Shown in pieces: positions 28,805 through 32,000 of a stretch of DNA of 32,000 nucleotides. Below the pieces are notes generated by a model, which had not been told where the DNA came from, made no database searches, and saw only the letters and a program-made list of their open reading frames with translations. The stretch's first letter is position 1, and every line of letters starts with the position of its first letter. The stretch spans positions 120,001 through 152,000 of the forward strand of contig NZ_LT606950.1 of NCBI RefSeq assembly GCF_900095195.1, written 5' to 3'. The translations under genes were made by a program, and so were the position numbers. The DNA comes from Polynucleobacter necessarius (GTDB taxonomy: Bacteria > Pseudomonadota > Gammaproteobacteria > Burkholderiales > Burkholderiaceae).

Positions 28805-29599
28805 ATGGCTGTAAAAATTGGCATCATTGGGGGCAGTGGCCTTGATAACCCCGAGCTATTTCAAAATCCTCAAGATGCACAAGTGAGCAACTCTTGGGGG
28901 AGACCCTCTTCACCACTCAAACTTGGAAAAATTGCTGGCGTGGATGTAGCCTTGTTAGGACGACATGGCCGAGAACACACTATTCCTCCAACACAAGTCA
29001 ATTATCGTGCCAATATTCAAGCCTTAAAAGATATTGGTTGCACTCATATATTGGCCACTACAGCCGTAGGATCTTTGCGTGAAGAAATTGGACGTGGGCA
29101 TTTAGTGATTCCTGATCAATTCATCGACTTTACCAAGCAACGCAAGATGACTTTTCATGAATCGTTTAAACCATTTGAGCCCATTCACGCCCCTATGGCC
29201 GATCCCTTTGATGCCCTCCTTAGAAACATTTTGATCAACGTTTGCTCTGAACAGCAAATTATTTTTCACAATACTGGTACTGTAATCACTATTGAGGGCC
29301 CTCGTTTTTCTACACGCGCAGAATCTAAAATGTTCCGACTCATGGGGGCAGACATTATCAATATGTCGGTTGCAACTGAGGCTGCGCTTGCCAATGAAAT
29401 AGGTATACCTTACGCTGCAATTGCGATGAGTACAGACTATGATTGCTGGAGGGAAGACGAAGAGCCAGTTAGCTGGGATGCAATTTTAGAAGTCTTTAAG
29501 GATAATGCTGATAAAGTTACCCGTCTCTTACTCTCAGCTATTCCCATCATCGCTAAAAATTCAAGCGCCAAAAATCTCATCCAATCGATAAGAAAGTAA
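28805..29599 (+). CDS. mtnP: S-methyl-5'-thioadenosine phosphorylase
   Basis: MAVKIGIIGGSGL..., GRHGREHTIPPTQVNYRANIQALK, EGPRFSTRAES, ADIINMSVATEA, STDYDCW. The ATG at 28805 is preferred over the upstream in-frame alternative start at 28775. Confidence 0.85.
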   Translation: MAVKIGIIGGSGLDNPELFQNPQDAQVSNSWGRPSSPLKLGKIAGVDVALLGRHGREHTIPPTQVNYRANIQALKDIGCTHILATTAVGSLREEIGRGHLVIPDQFIDFTKQRKMTFHESFKPFEPIHAPMADPFDALLRNILINVCSEQQIIFHNTGTVITIEGPRFSTRAESKMFRLMGADIINMSVATEAALANEIGIPYAAIAMSTDYDCWREDEEPVSWDAILEVFKDNADKVTRLLLSAIPIIAKNSSAKNLIQSIRK

Positions 29600-29644
29600 G
29601 ATCAATCCAGCTACCACACTATTTATTTTTTCACGCGGATTATT

Positions 29645-30163
29645 ATGAATTTGTTAGATTACCTTCCTGGCGTACCCGACTTTCCTAAGCCTGGAATTTT
29701 GTTTCGCGATATTTCACCGTTGCTTGCAAACCCTGTTGCTTTTTATGAGGCAATCCAACAGTTAAATCAACTGGCTGATGATTTTAATTACACCCATATT
29801 CTTGGGATCGAAGCACGTGGTTTTATTTTTAGTTCGGCGCTTGCCCATCATGCACAAAAAGGCTTGGTATTGGCCCGCAAGCCAAATAAGTTGCCGCAGG
29901 CAACCCATCGTCAATCATATGGTTTAGAGTACGGCAACGATTCGTTAGAGATGCAACAGTCAAGCTTACCAGCTGGCGCCAAAGTACTCATTCTTGATGA
30001 CGTCCTGGCAACTGGGGGCACCTTGATCGCCGCTAAAAAATTGCTAGAAAGTGCCGGATTCGAAGTCTGTGGTGCCCTGACCTTGCTGGAAATTGCCGGG
30101 CTAAATGGAGCGACACTCTTAAAAGAGCAGGGGATTGAAAGCCGCACATTACTTGTTGCCTAA
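29645..30163 (+). CDS. apt: Adenine phosphoribosyltransferase
   Basis: DFPKPGILFRDISPLLANP..., GIEARGFIF, and the PRPP motif VLILDDVLATGGT. Confidence 0.95.
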   Translation: MNLLDYLPGVPDFPKPGILFRDISPLLANPVAFYEAIQQLNQLADDFNYTHILGIEARGFIFSSALAHHAQKGLVLARKPNKLPQATHRQSYGLEYGNDSLEMQQSSLPAGAKVLILDDVLATGGTLIAAKKLLESAGFEVCGALTLLEIAGLNGATLLKEQGIESRTLLVA

Positions 30164-30216
30164 TGGCGTCGGGTTAATCACTAACGCCGTTTAACAATCA
30201 ATTTTGAAAGCAAAAA

Positions 30217-30948
30217 ATGGGTAATCGATTACAAGATAAAGTCGCCATTGTTACTGGCGCAGCAAAGGGGATCGGTTTTGCGACTGCGCAACGATTTGCT
30301 GAAGAAGGTGCAAAAGTGATTGTTACTGATATCAATCTTGAAGCCGTTACGGCTGCCATCGCCCGGATGGCTAATGCTGAAGCGTATGCCATGAATGTGA
30401 CCGATCGGGCTAGTATTCAAGCGGTGATTGATGCGGTGATACAAAAACACGGACGCGTTGATATTTTGAACAATGCGGGTATTACACAAGATGCACGTTT
30501 GGTCAAGATGACGGAAGCGCAATTTGATGCGGTGATCGATGTGAACCTCAAGGGTGTTTTTAATTGCACGCAATTGGTTGTGCCGCACATGCTTGAAAAA
30601 GGATCAGGCGCAATTGTGAATGCTTCGAGCGTAATGGGTCTCTATGGTAATTTTGATCAGATCAACTACTCGGCAACGAAGTTTGGGGTGATTGGTTTTA
30701 CCAAGACCTGGTCCCGTGAGTTGGGCCCAAAGGGTATCCGTGTTAATGCTGTGTGCCCTGGTTTTATTGCTACCGAAATGGTGAAGGCGATGCCAGAAAA
30801 CATTTTTCAGGATATCGAGAAGCGGAGTTGGTTGGGGCGCTTAGGCACTCCAGAAGAAATGGCAAATGTGTATTTGTTTTTGACCAGCGCTGAAGCAAGC
30901 TACGTAAACGGTGTTGCATTAGAGGCTAGCGGCGGGATTTCGCTCTAA
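30217..30948 (+). CDS. Short-chain dehydrogenase/reductase, FabG-like 3-oxoacyl reductase
   Basis: [15 protein letters not shown] and the catalytic S...YSATK. The protein is 243 aa. Confidence 0.8.
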   Translation: MGNRLQDKVAIVTGAAKGIGFATAQRFAEEGAKVIVTDINLEAVTAAIARMANAEAYAMNVTDRASIQAVIDAVIQKHGRVDILNNAGITQDARLVKMTEAQFDAVIDVNLKGVFNCTQLVVPHMLEKGSGAIVNASSVMGLYGNFDQINYSATKFGVIGFTKTWSRELGPKGIRVNAVCPGFIATEMVKAMPENIFQDIEKRSWLGRLGTPEEMANVYLFLTSAEASYVNGVALEASGGISL

Positions 30949-30950
30949 GC

Positions 30951-32000
30951 ATGAATCTTTTATACGAAGAGGGTGGCGATATCAAAATCGCTACTGTCCA
31001 GTCCGCAACAGGATCGGGTGAATCGGAGTCTTGGTAGGCCACGAGCTTGTCGGGCAAGAAAATCAAGCTAAAGGCCAAAGAAGTCTGGTTGCGCTTTGAA
31101 AAGCCTGAAGCACAAGCGGTTATGGATGAAGCCCTTGTCCTGGTGAACGATATTGATTTGCAACTGCTTTGGGATTGTGCTCCCGACGAGGAGTTTGGTT
31201 TAGTGGACGTTTCTTTAGAGTATTTTGGCGCGCAGGCAACGATCCCCCAGCAAGCTTCATTGGCCATTGCATTACAAAGCGCCCCCGTTTTTTTCGTCGC
31301 AAAGGGCGTGGACGATTTCAGCGAGCACCTCTAGAGCAACTGCAATCGGGCCTAGCAGCACTAGAGCGCAAGCAAAAAGAGTTGGAGCAGCAATCACTCT
31401 GGCAGACTGAGTTAGTTGCTGGCAGATTTCCAGAGGCCTTGAAATCTGCTGCGAAACAGTTGCTCTTCTCGTCTGACAAAAACACGTCGGCCTACAAAGC
31501 ATTAATGGCTGCTTGTACTCAGACAGGCGAGTCGCCACCACAATTGATGATTCGTTGTGGCGCTATTGATTCTCCATTGGCGTATCACCAGGGAGTGTTC
31601 CTCAAGACGCATTTTCCCATGGTGCCGCCCATTCCTCCAGTATTGGCATTGATCCGTCTATTTTTGATGCTGCGATTGCGCAATTGCCTATCGCACAGGT
31701 CAATGCATTTTCCATTGATAATGCAAGTACAACTGAGATCGACGATGCCTTATCTGTGACTGAACTGTCTAATGGCGATGAGACTGGGTACCGTATCGGC
31801 ATTCATATTGCCGCACCAGGTTTGGTGATTACAAAAGATGATGCGCTCGACCAAGTTGCTCGCAATCGGATGTCTACCGTCTATTTTCCAGGCGACAAAA
31901 TCACGATGCTGCCCGATTCTGTCATTGAACGGTTTTCTTTGGACGAGGGTGGCCCGAGACCAGCGCTATCAATTTATGTGGATATTGACGCTGATGGCAA
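30951..32000 (+). pseudogene. RNB-domain exoribonuclease (RNase II/R family) gene with one nonsense codon and two frameshifts; 3' end lies outside the window
   Basis: MNLLYEEGGDIKIATVQSATGSGESESW-TAG(31035-31037)-ATSLSGKKIKLKAKEVWLRF...LQSAPVFF. After a shift near the T7 run around 31283-31290 it reads RRKGRGRFQRAPLEQLQSGLAALERKQ...GVFLKTHFP. After a second shift around 31615-31621 it reads GAAHSSSIGIDP...NAFSIDNASTTEIDDALSV...IGIHIAAPG...STVYFPGDKITMLP (RNB motifs), open to the window end. Confidence 0.75.

Noticed and set aside
31169-31759. The 196-aa ORF as an independent gene
   Set aside because: Its middle portion (RRKGRGRFQRAPLEQLQ...LAYHQGVFLKTHFP) is the central segment of the frameshifted RNase II-family gene. 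Its N- and C-terminal parts are out-of-frame read-through.
1-32000. A mobile element, prophage, genomic island or defence locus
   Set aside because: I could recognise no integrase, transposase, tRNA attachment site, flanking direct repeats, toxin-antitoxin pair, restriction-modification, Cas or other defence-type domains. The gene order is conserved core synteny throughout.

Overview
The window is mostly core housekeeping DNA with Burkholderiales-type synteny: ispB<>rplU-rpmA-obg-proB, CNP1-like-rppH<>proS, ffh<>ypjD-like, nrdAB, and aroQ-accB-accC-prmA. Composition is AT-leaning by eye (not computed). I see no tRNA or rRNA genes, CRISPR arrays, transposases, integrases or recognisable defence genes. 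I cannot honestly point to a novel multi-gene system.

The most notable signal is genome erosion. Six dispensable-looking genes are broken by at least 16 frameshifts, nonsense codons or deletions: a sodium:solute symporter, a PanE-like reductase, an FAH-family hydrolase, a DUF3426-like gene, an RNase II-family gene and a histone H1-like gene. About 20 kb of essential genes (nrdA, nrdB, proS, ffh, accC, mpl, obg and others) reads cleanly. By inference only, this fits a Polynucleobacter-like genome undergoing symbiont-style reduction.

Other items worth a second look:
- A Lys/Ala-rich H1-like gene built from five near-identical 57-bp tandem repeats, cut off from its C-terminal tail by a 1-nt slip in an A6 tract.
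- A membrane-anchor/Cys-motif::AmpD fusion ORF.
- A ProB that lacks its PUA domain.
- An operon-like mtnA / class II aldolase / mtnP / apt cluster resembling the DHAP shunt plus adenine salvage.
- An isolated eukaryote-type squalene synthase-like gene.
- Tandem NrdR boxes upstream of nrdA.
- An orphan terminator in a 305-bp spacer after nrdB.
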